Part shown: positions 10,504-19,828 of the stretch, piece by piece
Layout of the letters: each line of letters begins with the position of its first letter
Numbering within the stretch: the first letter of the stretch is position 1
Origin: Candidatus Kuenenia stuttgartensis
GTDB lineage: Bacteria; Planctomycetota; GCA-002687715; CAIWVZ01
Length of the DNA stretch: 64,000 bases
Reading direction: 5' to 3'
Assembly: GCA_945860915.1 (NCBI GenBank)
Contig: CAMARR010000007.1
Location: 37,010-101,009, forward strand
Made by a program: the position numbers and the translations under genes
The notes under the pieces: generated by a model
Database searches by the model: none
Seen by the model: only the letters and a program-made list of their open reading frames with translations
Told to the model about the DNA's origin: nothing

Positions 10504-11658
10504 GTGAAGTCAGGCTCGATTCCCACTGTTTCTGCGTTCGCCCTTTGCTGTGGCGTCGGAGCGACGTTGGGGCTCGCCCTCTGGGCTTCGAATGCAACCC
10601 CACCTTCGACGCTCTTCGGGACGCCGACCACTCTGGTTCCGGTTGTGTCAGGCGAACGACCCACCGGTTTTCGCAGCACAACGGCGGACTCGAACCCGAA
10701 GGCCCCTGAGACCCGCCCGATCGCCTTGTCGACGGCATCGAGCCCATCGGCCATGGAAGTCGCCACTCTCGTCGCGGGACTGCTGCGGGGCGGGGCCCGT
10801 AACCCCGCCGCGCCGACCCCAGAGGAGGCGTTTCGCCTGCTCCAATCGGATGTCGAGAAATCGATCTTCTTGATTCACTCTACTTTCGCCTATGAATCGA
10901 GGGACCTCGATGGTTCGTGGATTCGTCATACGTCCTCTACCTGGGGCACGGCCTTTGTGGCGCACCGCGACGGCTACCTGATGACGAACAAGCACCTCGT
11001 GGCGCCATGGAAGTTCGACACTGAACTTTGCGCGCTAGTGAGTACCAACGATGTGAAGATCGTGCGCGAATCGACGGTGATATCGGCGTGGCCCGCTGGG
11101 ACCCGCTGTCTTGATGACAAAAAGCAACCACTTCCCGGGACTGGGTTCTCGACGATTGCGGGCACGCTTCATCTAGTGGCAGAAGCCCCGGATTCGTTCG
11201 CACTCAGGACGGGCGACTCGGAACGATCCGATTCCGCCGTCAAAGTCCACGCCCTCGACGACGCAGACTTGGCGATCCTCCGCATCGACAGCCGCGACTA
11301 CCCTGCCCTTCAACTTGCAAGTGAGGCCGACGAAGCCAAGCTCTCGAAGCTCTGCCCCGTCATGACCGTCGGGTTTCCTCGAGGGAACGGCGGGCTTGAG
11401 GGGAATCGTGCGGAAACTTCCGCTTCGACTGGTGCCTTGCGCAAGGCTGAAGCCACCCTTCACGTGACAACGCCGATCATCGCTGGAAATTCGGGAGGCC
11501 CGCTTATCACTCCCGATGGGCGGGTCGTCGGAATCGCGACACGGATCTACTCTGAGACCCTAGGAATCGGCATCAGAATTCGACATGCTCGTGCCCTCCT
11601 TGAGGAGGCGATAGTCGTCGATCGCATCACGTCCGCCGCGATCGTCGCTCCGAAGTAG
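10504..11658 (+). CDS. secreted trypsin-like serine protease (S1 family)
   Basis: Catalytic-triad contexts TNKHLV (His), DDADLAILRI (Asp) and IAGNSGGPL (Ser). Signal-peptide-like N-terminus. A GTG at 10504 is preceded by GGAGG; the ORF track starts at the TTG at 10474. Confidence 0.7.
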   Translation: MKSGSIPTVSAFALCCGVGATLGLALWASNATPPSTLFGTPTTLVPVVSGERPTGFRSTTADSNPKAPETRPIALSTASSPSAMEVATLVAGLLRGGARNPAAPTPEEAFRLLQSDVEKSIFLIHSTFAYESRDLDGSWIRHTSSTWGTAFVAHRDGYLMTNKHLVAPWKFDTELCALVSTNDVKIVRESTVISAWPAGTRCLDDKKQPLPGTGFSTIAGTLHLVAEAPDSFALRTGDSERSDSAVKVHALDDADLAILRIDSRDYPALQLASEADEAKLSKLCPVMTVGFPRGNGGLEGNRAETSASTGALRKAEATLHVTTPIIAGNSGGPLITPDGRVVGIATRIYSETLGIGIRIRHARALLEEAIVVDRITSAAIVAPK

Positions 11659-11672
11659 GACCCCGCCTGCGA

Positions 11673-12425
11673 TCAGCGCCAGGCGGCAAGCAGGATCGCG
11701 ATCGCTGCGCCAACGTTGAGCGACTCGATCTCCGCCTGGAGTGGAATGGTCACCCGGCGCGTTCCCACTTCCCCCTTGGGTACTTGAGTCCCGCCGCCCT
11801 CGTTGCTCGCGAGGAGCACCCACCGCCGACCTGGATTGAGCCGACGATAGTCTTCTCCCTCACGAACGTCCGGAACAATGACCAACCGAGTCGCTGCTCG
11901 TGACGCGTTGAGAACCTCGCTCAGCGTTCCCTCCACATGGGGAATCCGCAACAAGGCCCCGGCGGATGCGCGAAGCGCGCGCACGCCCATCGGATCAGCC
12001 GTCCCGGGTGTCGTGACCAACAAGCCAACGCCCAACGCGGCGGCCGTACGAGCCAGCGTGCCAACATTGCCTGGATCCTGCACCGCCTCGAGCACGAGAA
12101 TTGGTGCCGTTAGCCGGGCAAACATCGAAAGGTCACCCGATCTAGGACGACGAGCGATGGCAGCAACTCCCGTAGGGGTCTTTTGTTCCACGACCCGCGC
12201 CAATTCCGACTCTGTCACTTCGGTCACTCGGACATCTGGCAATCGCATCGACCACGCGCCGGCAATCGCTGGCCCAATTGCCAGAATCTCGGTCAGAAGG
12301 CCTGCCCGCGCGCCCTCCTCAACCAAATGAGGCCCTTCGAGCCGGATCAGTCCCTGCTCTTTCCTTACGCTCGCCTCGTCAAGGGACCTCCAGGCGGCGA
12401 CCACTGATTTACTCAATCGCTCCAT
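11673..12425 (-). CDS. TrmH/SpoU family RNA 2'-O-methyltransferase
   Basis: SPOUT motifs LEAVQDPGNVGTLARTAAALGV, LLASNEGGG and IESLNVGAAIAILL. Confidence 0.8.
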   Translation of the reverse strand: MERLSKSVVAAWRSLDEASVRKEQGLIRLEGPHLVEEGARAGLLTEILAIGPAIAGAWSMRLPDVRVTEVTESELARVVEQKTPTGVAAIARRPRSGDLSMFARLTAPILVLEAVQDPGNVGTLARTAAALGVGLLVTTPGTADPMGVRALRASAGALLRIPHVEGTLSEVLNASRAATRLVIVPDVREGEDYRRLNPGRRWVLLASNEGGGTQVPKGEVGTRRVTIPLQAEIESLNVGAAIAILLAAWR

Positions 12426-12472
12426 GGGTTCACGATACCGTGTTCGTAGCGTTGTCGAGTCGAATATCCATG

Positions 12473-13441
12473 AAGGACCTCTCCAAACCCATTGAGCGCA
12501 TCGAACACACGGTCACCGCAAGTGAATCGGGTGGACGCCTCGATCATGTTCTTGCGGACTGGGTCACATGGAGATCCCGGGCCGACTTGCAGAAGCGCGT
12601 CAAGGCCGGCACCGTCGTCGTCAACGGGAAACCCGCCAAGCCCCGGACCAAGGTTTTCGACGGTGACTTAATTACGGTCTTCGTTGAGAACGATGGCGAT
12701 GTCTCCGTCGATGTCAACCAGATTCCACTGAACATTCTCCACGAAGAAGAGACTTTCGTGGTCCTCGATAAGCCGTCCGGTGTCGTCATGCACCCTGTAG
12801 GCAAACATGTCTATGACACGCTGATGAATGTGCTGCATGCGCACTATCGTCGCGATGATCCGGCATTCGACGTCACCCCGATGGTCGTACATCGACTAGA
12901 TCAAGACACTTCCGGCGTGTTGCTTGTTGCAAAACAGGAGGAAGCGCGCAAACGGTTGGGGGCGGCCTTTGAGGGCCGTGAGGTCTCGAAAGAGTATCTC
13001 GCAATCGTTCACGGAAGAGTGGAGAAGGACGCATTCTCCGTTAATGAATCGATTGGACTTGATCCACGCGGTCTCAACAAGACCATGATGGCATGCATTC
13101 CGACGGGCCGTTCTTCGTTGACGGACTTCAAAGTCGAAAAGCGCTTTGCTAACGCCACGCTCGTCAGGTGCTTCCCCAAGACGGGTCGACAGCATCAGAT
13201 TCGTGTGCACCTAGCCCACGTCGGCCACCCCATTCTCGGTGACTCCCAGTATGGATCGAAGTCTGAGATTACTGCGGGAGACTTGGGGCTCGGTGGCGAT
13301 CCTGACCGCGTGGTGCTCGACCGCCAGGCGCTTCATGCATCACGACTCGTCGTACCGCACCCAGTGACCGGCGAACAAGTCGGATTCGATGCGCCACTTG
13401 CTCCGGATCTCGCGACCCTCTGCGCCGAACTCGACGCCTAG
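12473..13441 (+). CDS. RluA family pseudouridine synthase
   Basis: S4 domain followed by catalytic HRLDQDTSGVLLVAK and HQIRVHLAHVGHPILGD. Confidence 0.85.
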   Translation, partial: KDLSKPIERIEHTVTASESGGRLDHVLADWVTWRSRADLQKRVKAGTVVVNGKPAKPRTKVFDGDLITVFVENDGDVSVDVNQIPLNILHEEETFVVLDKPSGVVMHPVGKHVYDTLMNVLHAHYRRDDPAFDVTPMVVHRLDQDTSGVLLVAKQEEARKRLGAAFEGREVSKEYLAIVHGRVEKDAFSVNESIGLDPRGLNKTMMACIPTGRSSLTDFKVEKRFANATLVRCFPKTGRQHQIRVHLAHVGHPILGDSQYGSKSEITAGDLGLGGDPDRVVLDRQALHASRLVVPHPVTGEQVGFDAPLAPDLATLCAELDA

Positions 13442-13941
13442 GACTCAGACACTCCGAGGTGCTCCGAAACGAGCCGCCCATAGCGCTCGACTGTATCCCG
13501 CATCATGTCGACTTCACTCGACTTGACCGCACGAAACAGGCGCGCCGGATTGCCGACCGCCAGCATTCCATCAGGGACTGTCATTCCGGGAGTGACGACC
13601 GCGCCCGCCGCAACAAGCGCGCCCGCGCCAACTCGTGATCCAGGAAGCAATATCGCGCCCATCCCGATGAGAGCGCGATCCCCGATCGAGATCCCGTGAA
13701 CAATCGCACCATGTCCGATGGTGACTTCGCGGCCGATCGTTACATGCTCATCGTGTTGTGGATGGATGCATGCGAGATCCTGAACGTTGGTGTCCTCGCC
13801 GATCGTGATTGATGCAACATCTCCACGAATGACGACGCCATACCAGACAGACACTCGAGCGTGCAACGTTACGCGTCCAACAACGGTCGCATTGTCCGCA
13901 ATGAAGGCAGGACCAACGGCTTCCAAGTGAGGTTTTCGCAT
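13438..13941 (-). CDS. gamma carbonic anhydrase family protein (hexapeptide repeat)
   Basis: Left-handed beta-helix hexapeptide repeats; gamma-CA/YrdA-like. Confidence 0.8.
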   Translation of the reverse strand: MRKPHLEAVGPAFIADNATVVGRVTLHARVSVWYGVVIRGDVASITIGEDTNVQDLACIHPQHDEHVTIGREVTIGHGAIVHGISIGDRALIGMGAILLPGSRVGAGALVAAGAVVTPGMTVPDGMLAVGNPARLFRAVKSSEVDMMRDTVERYGRLVSEHLGVSES

Positions 13942-13946
13942 GGGAA

Positions 13947-14738
13947 TCAGTGAGGCGTGCCGCCTCTAATCCACGTTTCATAAAGAACAACAACTAAGTT
14001 GTGCATTCCGTGAGCCGCGATCGGGACCAAGAGGCTCCCCGTTCTGGCCGCCGCCAATCCCAAGAGCAAAGACAGCGCCATGACCGAAACCCAGGTCTGA
14101 GGTTCATGCAAAACGGTGAACGCGAGCGAGGAAACCACAACGGCAATTGCTCGGGATCCCGACCATCCCGCAGACGCGATGATGCCCTCGAGGCCCCGTT
14201 GCAGGAACCCTCGAACCATGAGTTCCTCAAACAGCGGAACAGCAAGCGTGACAGCCAAGGCCCTCACCACGAACTCAGCTGTCCCGGCACTCGCGACAAT
14301 CGCCTTGAGCGCATCCTGGGACTTCTGCGCGTCCGGAAACCACCTTAGAGTCAGCGCGTGCAGCGCAAATACAGATGGAATGATGAGCGCGTAGGCCGCG
14401 ACTCCACGGCCCATCTCAGCCGCGAAGCGAGGCCGACGGATCCCGATGAGATCCAAAGCGGGCGGAGATAAGAAGGCCGCCATCGCCAACAGGAACGCGG
14501 CCACCCCAAGGTGCGCCACCAGCAGCGTGAGTGCTTCCATTAGCGGGGCCGCGTTGCGACCCACTACGGTTAGGCTGCCCATCAGAAGCAACGCTAGGAA
14601 TGAACCGGCTACCAGCCGGTATGAACTCCCCGCGGGTGCGGGCGCGCGCTCGGCTGCAGGAAGAACGCGGGCCGCAACCCAGAGCGCGAAAGGCGCGACG
14701 AGGACTCCCAACGCGATGAGTGAGGTGTCGAGGGTCAA
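13947..14738 (-). CDS. CPBP family intramembrane metalloprotease (CAAX protease / Abi)
   Basis: Polytopic membrane protein with EELMVRGF, FTVLHE and HGMHN motifs. Its start overlaps the thiG stop by 4 nt. Confidence 0.7.
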   Translation of the reverse strand: MTLDTSLIALGVLVAPFALWVAARVLPAAERAPAPAGSSYRLVAGSFLALLLMGSLTVVGRNAAPLMEALTLLVAHLGVAAFLLAMAAFLSPPALDLIGIRRPRFAAEMGRGVAAYALIIPSVFALHALTLRWFPDAQKSQDALKAIVASAGTAEFVVRALAVTLAVPLFEELMVRGFLQRGLEGIIASAGWSGSRAIAVVVSSLAFTVLHEPQTWVSVMALSLLLGLAAARTGSLLVPIAAHGMHNLVVVLYETWIRGGTPH

Positions 14739-15535
14739 GGAGATGGCTTGGAGGTCGGGCCGATTGTGCCGGTCGTCGGTGACGATGGCGAGGCGGCGGT
14801 TGACCGCGCAATGCGACCCGCAAGAAACGCCATTCGTCCCGCCTCACACGCCAATCCCATGGCACGCGCCATCGAAACCGAGTCAGAGGCAAGCGCCACC
14901 GCAGTATTGAGTAAGACTCCATCAACGCCGAGTTCCATCGCAATCGCGACGTCCGACGCCGTTCCGACGCCAGCATCGACGATGACCGGGACGCGTCCGG
15001 CGACCGTATCTCGAACTAGTCGGATGTTCAGCGGGTTGAGAATCCCAAGCCCCGATCCAATCGGCGATCCAGCAGGCATCACCGCCGCAACGCCTACGTC
15101 GACGAGTCGTCGGGCGAGAATCGGATCATCAGAGGTGTACGCCATGACGATGAATCCCTCGCGGGCGAGGATTGCCGAGGCTTCAAGAGTTCCAATCGGA
15201 TCGGGTAGCAACGTGACCGGATCACCAAGGACTTCGAGCTTCACCCACGGCGTGGAAAGTGCTTCACGCCCAAGGTGCGCGGTTCGAACCGCATCCTCGA
15301 CGGTGTAGCAGCCCGCTGTATTGGGAAGCAACGAGATCTTCGCCCGGTCAATGTAGTCTAAAATCGATGGGCCTGACTTCCCGGTGAGATCCACGCGGCG
15401 CACCGCCACAGTCACCATTGAGGTCTTCGAGGCTTCGTGGCACGCGCGCATTTCCTCGTGGCTGCGGTACTTCCCAGTCCCAAGAAGCAATCGTGACTGA
15501 AACTCCACGCCGGCGATCTTGAACGGCAAAGACAT
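14735..15535 (-). CDS. thiG: thiazole synthase
   Basis: ThiG signature (FKIAGVEFQSRLLLGTGKY ... VMPAGSPIGSGLG ... VDAGVGTASD). Its start overlaps the thiS stop (TGATG). Confidence 0.9.
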   Translation of the reverse strand: MSLPFKIAGVEFQSRLLLGTGKYRSHEEMRACHEASKTSMVTVAVRRVDLTGKSGPSILDYIDRAKISLLPNTAGCYTVEDAVRTAHLGREALSTPWVKLEVLGDPVTLLPDPIGTLEASAILAREGFIVMAYTSDDPILARRLVDVGVAAVMPAGSPIGSGLGILNPLNIRLVRDTVAGRVPVIVDAGVGTASDVAIAMELGVDGVLLNTAVALASDSVSMARAMGLACEAGRMAFLAGRIARSTAASPSSPTTGTIGPTSKPSP

Positions 15536-15741
15536 CAGCCACCTCCCACCAAGGACACGACCTCGAAAACGTCGCCCGCTCCAACTTTGACTTCGGGCCA
15601 AGTCGAACGAGGCAGGACGCTTCTGTTCCGTTCGATAGCGAGCGCCATTTGCTCAGGAATTCCTAATTGAGAAAGCAGGCTCGCGACAGTAAGTCCGTCG
15701 TCGACATCGCGCGGCGTTCCGTTCACTGTAATAGGGATCAC
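15535..15741 (-). CDS. thiS: sulfur carrier protein ThiS
   Basis: 68 aa ending in Gly-Gly; MoaD/ThiS beta-grasp pattern. Overlaps the stop of the response-regulator gene by 4 nt. Confidence 0.8.
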   Translation of the reverse strand: MIPITVNGTPRDVDDGLTVASLLSQLGIPEQMALAIERNRSVLPRSTWPEVKVGAGDVFEVVSLVGGG

Positions 15742-17135
15742 GATTCGCTCTCCGGCGATGCCTCACGGATTCGCTCCATTCGATATTGAAGCGCGCGACG
15801 TGTGATACCGAGCGCTCGAGCCGTCCGCGAAAAGTTGCCCTCACATCGCCTCAGGGACTCGAGAAGAATTGAGCGCTCGAGTCCATCGAGCGTCATCTTC
15901 CCAGACAGGATCGCCTTGAGGGTCTCCTCGATGGCCGCCGGCTCCGGTGACGACTCAAGTCCTAAGTCCGCCACTTCCAGCACATCTCCGCGCGAAAGGA
16001 CCACGGCGCGTTCGACGGCATTCTCAAGTTCACGAACATTGCCAGGCCATGGAGCTGCGGCAAGTGCCTCATGAGCTGCTTCTGAAAGGCGCATGGTCGG
16101 ACGCCCATCACGCGTGGCGTATCTCGCCAAGAAGGACTCGGCGAGCAATGGGATGTCTCCCCGACGCTCTCGAAGCGCCGGAAGGCGCAACTCGACGACG
16201 TGAAGCCGGTACCTGAGGTCCTCACGAAAAGCACCATCCGCAACCTGTTTCTTGAGGTCGCGATTGGTGGCGGCGATGACTCGGACGTCGACGGGGTGAG
16301 GCCCCTCCGCACCCAACGGCTCGACCTCGTGCTCCTGCAGTACGCGCAGCAATTTTGCCTGAAGATGAAGAGGGATCTCTCCGATCTCATCGAGAAAGAT
16401 CGTGCCCCCATCCGCAAGGTCGAATCGTCCCTTGCGATCCCCTATAGCGCCGGTGAACGCGCCCTTTCGGAAACCGAACAACTCGGATTCGAGTAACGCT
16501 TCAGGCATCGCCGCACAGTTGACTCGAATGTAGGGTCCAGCGCGTCGCGGACTCGAAGCGTGGATGTGGCGTGCGAGCAGTTCTTTGCCGGTCCCCGACT
16601 CTCCCGTCAGCAGCACGTTCGCTCGACTCTGAGCTGCGCGGGTCGCACGGTCGACGATGTCCTTGAGGACCGATGAACGTCCCACGATGTCTGTCGCACC
16701 GCCTTCAGCTTCGACGGACGCGCGCAAGAGCGAGTTCTCACGCTCGAGTGTCCGAAGTCGAAGCGCCTTGCGCAGCTTGATCGCGATCTCTTCGGCATCG
16801 ACGGGCTTCGAAGCGAAATCTGCAATACCGGCCTTCATCGCTTCGACCGCCGTCTCCATCGTCCCAAATGCGGTGACGACGATTCCGACCAAATCTCGCC
16901 GCGATTCCCGCATCGATAGAAACAGTGCCAATCCAGTCATGCCGGGCATGCGCCAGTCCGTCACCAGGGCATCCGGTGGCGTTTCTTTGAACTGCTTCAG
17001 GGCGGCCTCAGGCCCATGTGCCGATCTCGCATCGAAGCCCTCTGCCACGAGAACTTCCGCAAGCAGGTCCGCCTGTGATGCGTCGTCGTCGACGACAAGC
17101 ACGGTCTTTTTTGGGGCTGGAGTGCCTGTTGACAT
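15738..17135 (-). CDS. sigma-54-dependent response regulator (NtrC family)
   Basis: Receiver domain (VVDDD, conserved Asp), AAA+ sigma-54 activator domain with GESGTGKE and GAFTGA, C-terminal Fis-type HTH. Confidence 0.9.
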   Translation of the reverse strand: MSTGTPAPKKTVLVVDDDASQADLLAEVLVAEGFDARSAHGPEAALKQFKETPPDALVTDWRMPGMTGLALFLSMRESRRDLVGIVVTAFGTMETAVEAMKAGIADFASKPVDAEEIAIKLRKALRLRTLERENSLLRASVEAEGGATDIVGRSSVLKDIVDRATRAAQSRANVLLTGESGTGKELLARHIHASSPRRAGPYIRVNCAAMPEALLESELFGFRKGAFTGAIGDRKGRFDLADGGTIFLDEIGEIPLHLQAKLLRVLQEHEVEPLGAEGPHPVDVRVIAATNRDLKKQVADGAFREDLRYRLHVVELRLPALRERRGDIPLLAESFLARYATRDGRPTMRLSEAAHEALAAAPWPGNVRELENAVERAVVLSRGDVLEVADLGLESSPEPAAIEETLKAILSGKMTLDGLERSILLESLRRCEGNFSRTARALGITRRALQYRMERIREASPESES

Positions 17136-17161
17136 ATGGAAAATCTACCGGGCGCGCTCCC

Positions 17162-18643
17162 CTAGGAAAACCGCTTGGGTAGCCGAACTGCAAGAACCAG
17201 GCCAATCGGGTCCCCTGACGTCACCGTGAAGGTCCCGCCGTGGCATTCGACAACGGTCCTCACCATGGCCAACGCCAGTCCAGCACCATCGCCGCGAGAG
17301 GCTGCGATCGGATCAAGAATTCGTCGTAACTCCATTTCGTCAGGCGCGGTCGCGGAATCCGAAATCGTAATCACCGCGCCATCGGCAGTACCTTCAAGTG
17401 CGACACGAACCTCGCCCCCCCCCGTTTCGACACGACTTCTATCTATTGCGTGGGCCAGCAACGCGGCAACGGCCTCGCCGAGTTTTTCACGGTCACCCTC
17501 GATCGAAAGCGACTTCATGGTTTCGGCCGAGAGCTTCACGTGCGCGTCTTGAGCCGTCGCCTGCGCGGCCTCAATTCTCTCCGTCATGAGATGCCCGATA
17601 TCGATCATGTCTAGCGTGAGGTCGCCAACACGCGTGAATCGAACGAATGAGTCAGCAACCTTGCGGATCTTGCCAACCTCGTTCGAGATGCGCGCGAAGT
17701 CGCGTTCGCGTGGATCAGTTTCCCCTCGCCGGAGCGCCCTTTCGATGACTTGAACCGAGAGGTTGATCGCATTCAACGGGTTGCGGATTTCATGCGCCAA
17801 TCCTGCGGCGACCTGGCCGATGGCATGGAGCCGAACGAATCGCTCGCGTGACCGCCCCTCCGCGTTGAACTGCGCCTCGCGGATGAAATAGGCGATCACG
17901 GCAAGCGCGTAGATCAAAAGGCCAACGACACAAACGGCCAAGATGACGAACCCGTTGAAGCCGTCCCACATGGCTTCGGTCAGGTCGAAAAGCAGAAACA
18001 CCTCGGCATACACTGCTCGCCCGGGCGTCCCACTGCTTGGAACGACGAATGCCGCAGTCACGGGAAGGCGGCTCCCGCTTCGGCGTCCCAATACCACCCC
18101 GACGGTGCCATCGCTCGGGGGCATGACCGGGGCAACGCCGCGCATCGGTGGGCCCACGACAGCCAGCGGCGTCCCGTTTGGGGCCCGAATCGTGATTCCG
18201 TAGAGGTTAGGAAGGCCGAGATAGTGATCCTCGATCTCCGGGTCCAACTCAGACCAGATCGAGGGATCATCCGGCCGAGCCGACCTTCTGAGCTCCGATG
18301 AGAGTTTCTCCCGAAAGGTCTCGCCCATAGATCGAGCCTGTGCCTCGATTTGCGAGTCGACCAATCCCTCGGCCTCCGAACGGACCATGAAGACGAAGGC
18401 AGCAAGAACTACCGCCGCAAGCAGGGCAATGGCCCAGACGAGGGAACTCGAGGCCTTCTTGGTAAGGAAAGTCGGTTTCAGCGGAAAAATCCAATTCGCC
18501 CGGTTCGGCCTGATTTCCGCAGGGAACGGAAATGCTGATGGGCCCGAGGCTTGACGCGGCCCGGGATACGGGTAGGTTACTAGACCTAGCAAGGTGCGTG
18601 CTTTAGGTGCCAGGTGCGAGGCTCGGAACGTGGGTACGCCCAC
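17162..18643 (-). CDS. sensor histidine kinase (partner of the sigma-54 regulator)
   Basis: Two transmembrane helices around a periplasmic domain, HisKA H-box (LAHEIRNPL) and HATPase_c (GAGLALAMV). The N-terminal boundary is uncertain: the ORF extends to 18790; GTG 18643 and TTG 18592 are alternatives. Confidence 0.7.
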   Translation of the reverse strand: MGVPTFRASHLAPKARTLLGLVTYPYPGPRQASGPSAFPFPAEIRPNRANWIFPLKPTFLTKKASSSLVWAIALLAAVVLAAFVFMVRSEAEGLVDSQIEAQARSMGETFREKLSSELRRSARPDDPSIWSELDPEIEDHYLGLPNLYGITIRAPNGTPLAVVGPPMRGVAPVMPPSDGTVGVVLGRRSGSRLPVTAAFVVPSSGTPGRAVYAEVFLLFDLTEAMWDGFNGFVILAVCVVGLLIYALAVIAYFIREAQFNAEGRSRERFVRLHAIGQVAAGLAHEIRNPLNAINLSVQVIERALRRGETDPRERDFARISNEVGKIRKVADSFVRFTRVGDLTLDMIDIGHLMTERIEAAQATAQDAHVKLSAETMKSLSIEGDREKLGEAVAALLAHAIDRSRVETGGGEVRVALEGTADGAVITISDSATAPDEMELRRILDPIAASRGDGAGLALAMVRTVVECHGGTFTVTSGDPIGLVLAVRLPKRFS

Positions 18644-18658
18644 GTCTCTTTTTTTTCT
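18628..18658 (+). terminator. intrinsic-terminator-like hairpin plus U-tract in the nusA leader
   Basis: ACGTGGG-TACG-CCCACGT stem-loop followed by TCTCTTTTTTTTCT, about 70 nt upstream of the nusA start. Confidence 0.45.
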
Positions 18659-18726
18659 GCGCGGCAGCGGGTCGTGCAGGGGGCCCAACTCCGGGGGTAC
18701 CCCACGTTCGCATCCAAGGACGTGCC

Positions 18727-19764
18727 ATGGCCGGCAATGCGGAACTACTTCGACTCGTGGAGGCGCTCCACAAGGAGAAGGGGATCTCAACCGAGAGGCT
18801 CCTATTCGCTCTCGAGTCCGCTATCGCTGCGGCTGTCCACAAGAAGTACTCGGAAGAAGACGACGTCCGCGTTCAGATTGATCGTACCTCGGGCGACATC
18901 CGAGCATGGCGCAACGGCCTCCTCCTCCCGATGAATTCCGGGGAGCTCGGCCGTATCGCCGCTCAGACCGCAAAGCAGGTCATCATTCAACAGATTCGTG
19001 ACGCGGAACAAGAAGCCGTCATCAGCGAGTACCAGGACCGCATTGGCGAGCTCGTGACTGGAACAATCGTCCGCTTCGAACGCGATGACGTAGTGATCGA
19101 CTTGGGTAGCGGCGGCGAAGCCGTCCTCCCCCGCACCGATCGTGTGCGTGGCGAGAATTACCACGTCGGCGATCACATTAATTGCGTCATCATTAACGTT
19201 TCGAAATACGGGCCACGCGTACGGATCATCCTCTCGCGTACAACGCCAGATTTGGTTCGTCGGCTGTTCGAACGTGAAGTTCCAGAAGTATCCGAAGGCA
19301 TCATTCAGATCGTAGCGTTGGCTCGTGAACCAGGCTATCGCTCGAAGATCGGTGTGACGTCTAGCGACCCACGCATCGACTGTGTCGGTGCTTGCGTTGG
19401 CGTTCGTGGCTCGCGCATCCGCAAGGTGACGGACGAGCTCGGCGGCGAGAAGATCGACATCATTCCTTGGAATGACTCCGCTGAAGTTCTAGTGATGAAT
19501 GCCCTGAAACCCGCCGACATCAAGAGCATCACGCTCTTTGAAGAAGAGGGTAAGGCTGAAGTCGTAGTCGACGATGAGCAACTCTCGCTCGCCATCGGCC
19601 GTCGAGGACAGAATGTTCGGCTCGCAGCGAAACTGACGGGATGGGACATCAACATCGTTTCGGGTTCGGATGACTCGGTGCAGGCTCAGGCCGCAGCAGC
19701 CGACGAGTTCGACAACGCAACAGGCTCCAATGATGAAAATCAAGGCGGGAGCCCGGGGGGCTGA
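18727..19764 (+). CDS. nusA: transcription termination/antitermination factor NusA
   Basis: NusA N-terminal domain, S1 and tandem KH domains; an acidic C-terminus is retained. Confidence 0.9.
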   Translation: MAGNAELLRLVEALHKEKGISTERLLFALESAIAAAVHKKYSEEDDVRVQIDRTSGDIRAWRNGLLLPMNSGELGRIAAQTAKQVIIQQIRDAEQEAVISEYQDRIGELVTGTIVRFERDDVVIDLGSGGEAVLPRTDRVRGENYHVGDHINCVIINVSKYGPRVRIILSRTTPDLVRRLFEREVPEVSEGIIQIVALAREPGYRSKIGVTSSDPRIDCVGACVGVRGSRIRKVTDELGGEKIDIIPWNDSAEVLVMNALKPADIKSITLFEEEGKAEVVVDDEQLSLAIGRRGQNVRLAAKLTGWDINIVSGSDDSVQAQAAAADEFDNATGSNDENQGGSPGG

Positions 19765-19828
19765 CCGCAAGGTCGGCCCTTAGTCGATCGGATCTCCCGG
19801 TCGATTCGGTTCGAACAAAGAAGAACAC

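Noticed and set aside
18480-18627. Possible tRNA (metY-like) upstream of nusA, as in enterobacteria
   Set aside because: No cloverleaf hallmarks (no GTTCGAATC-type T-arm, no acceptor/anti-acceptor pairing) in the leader.
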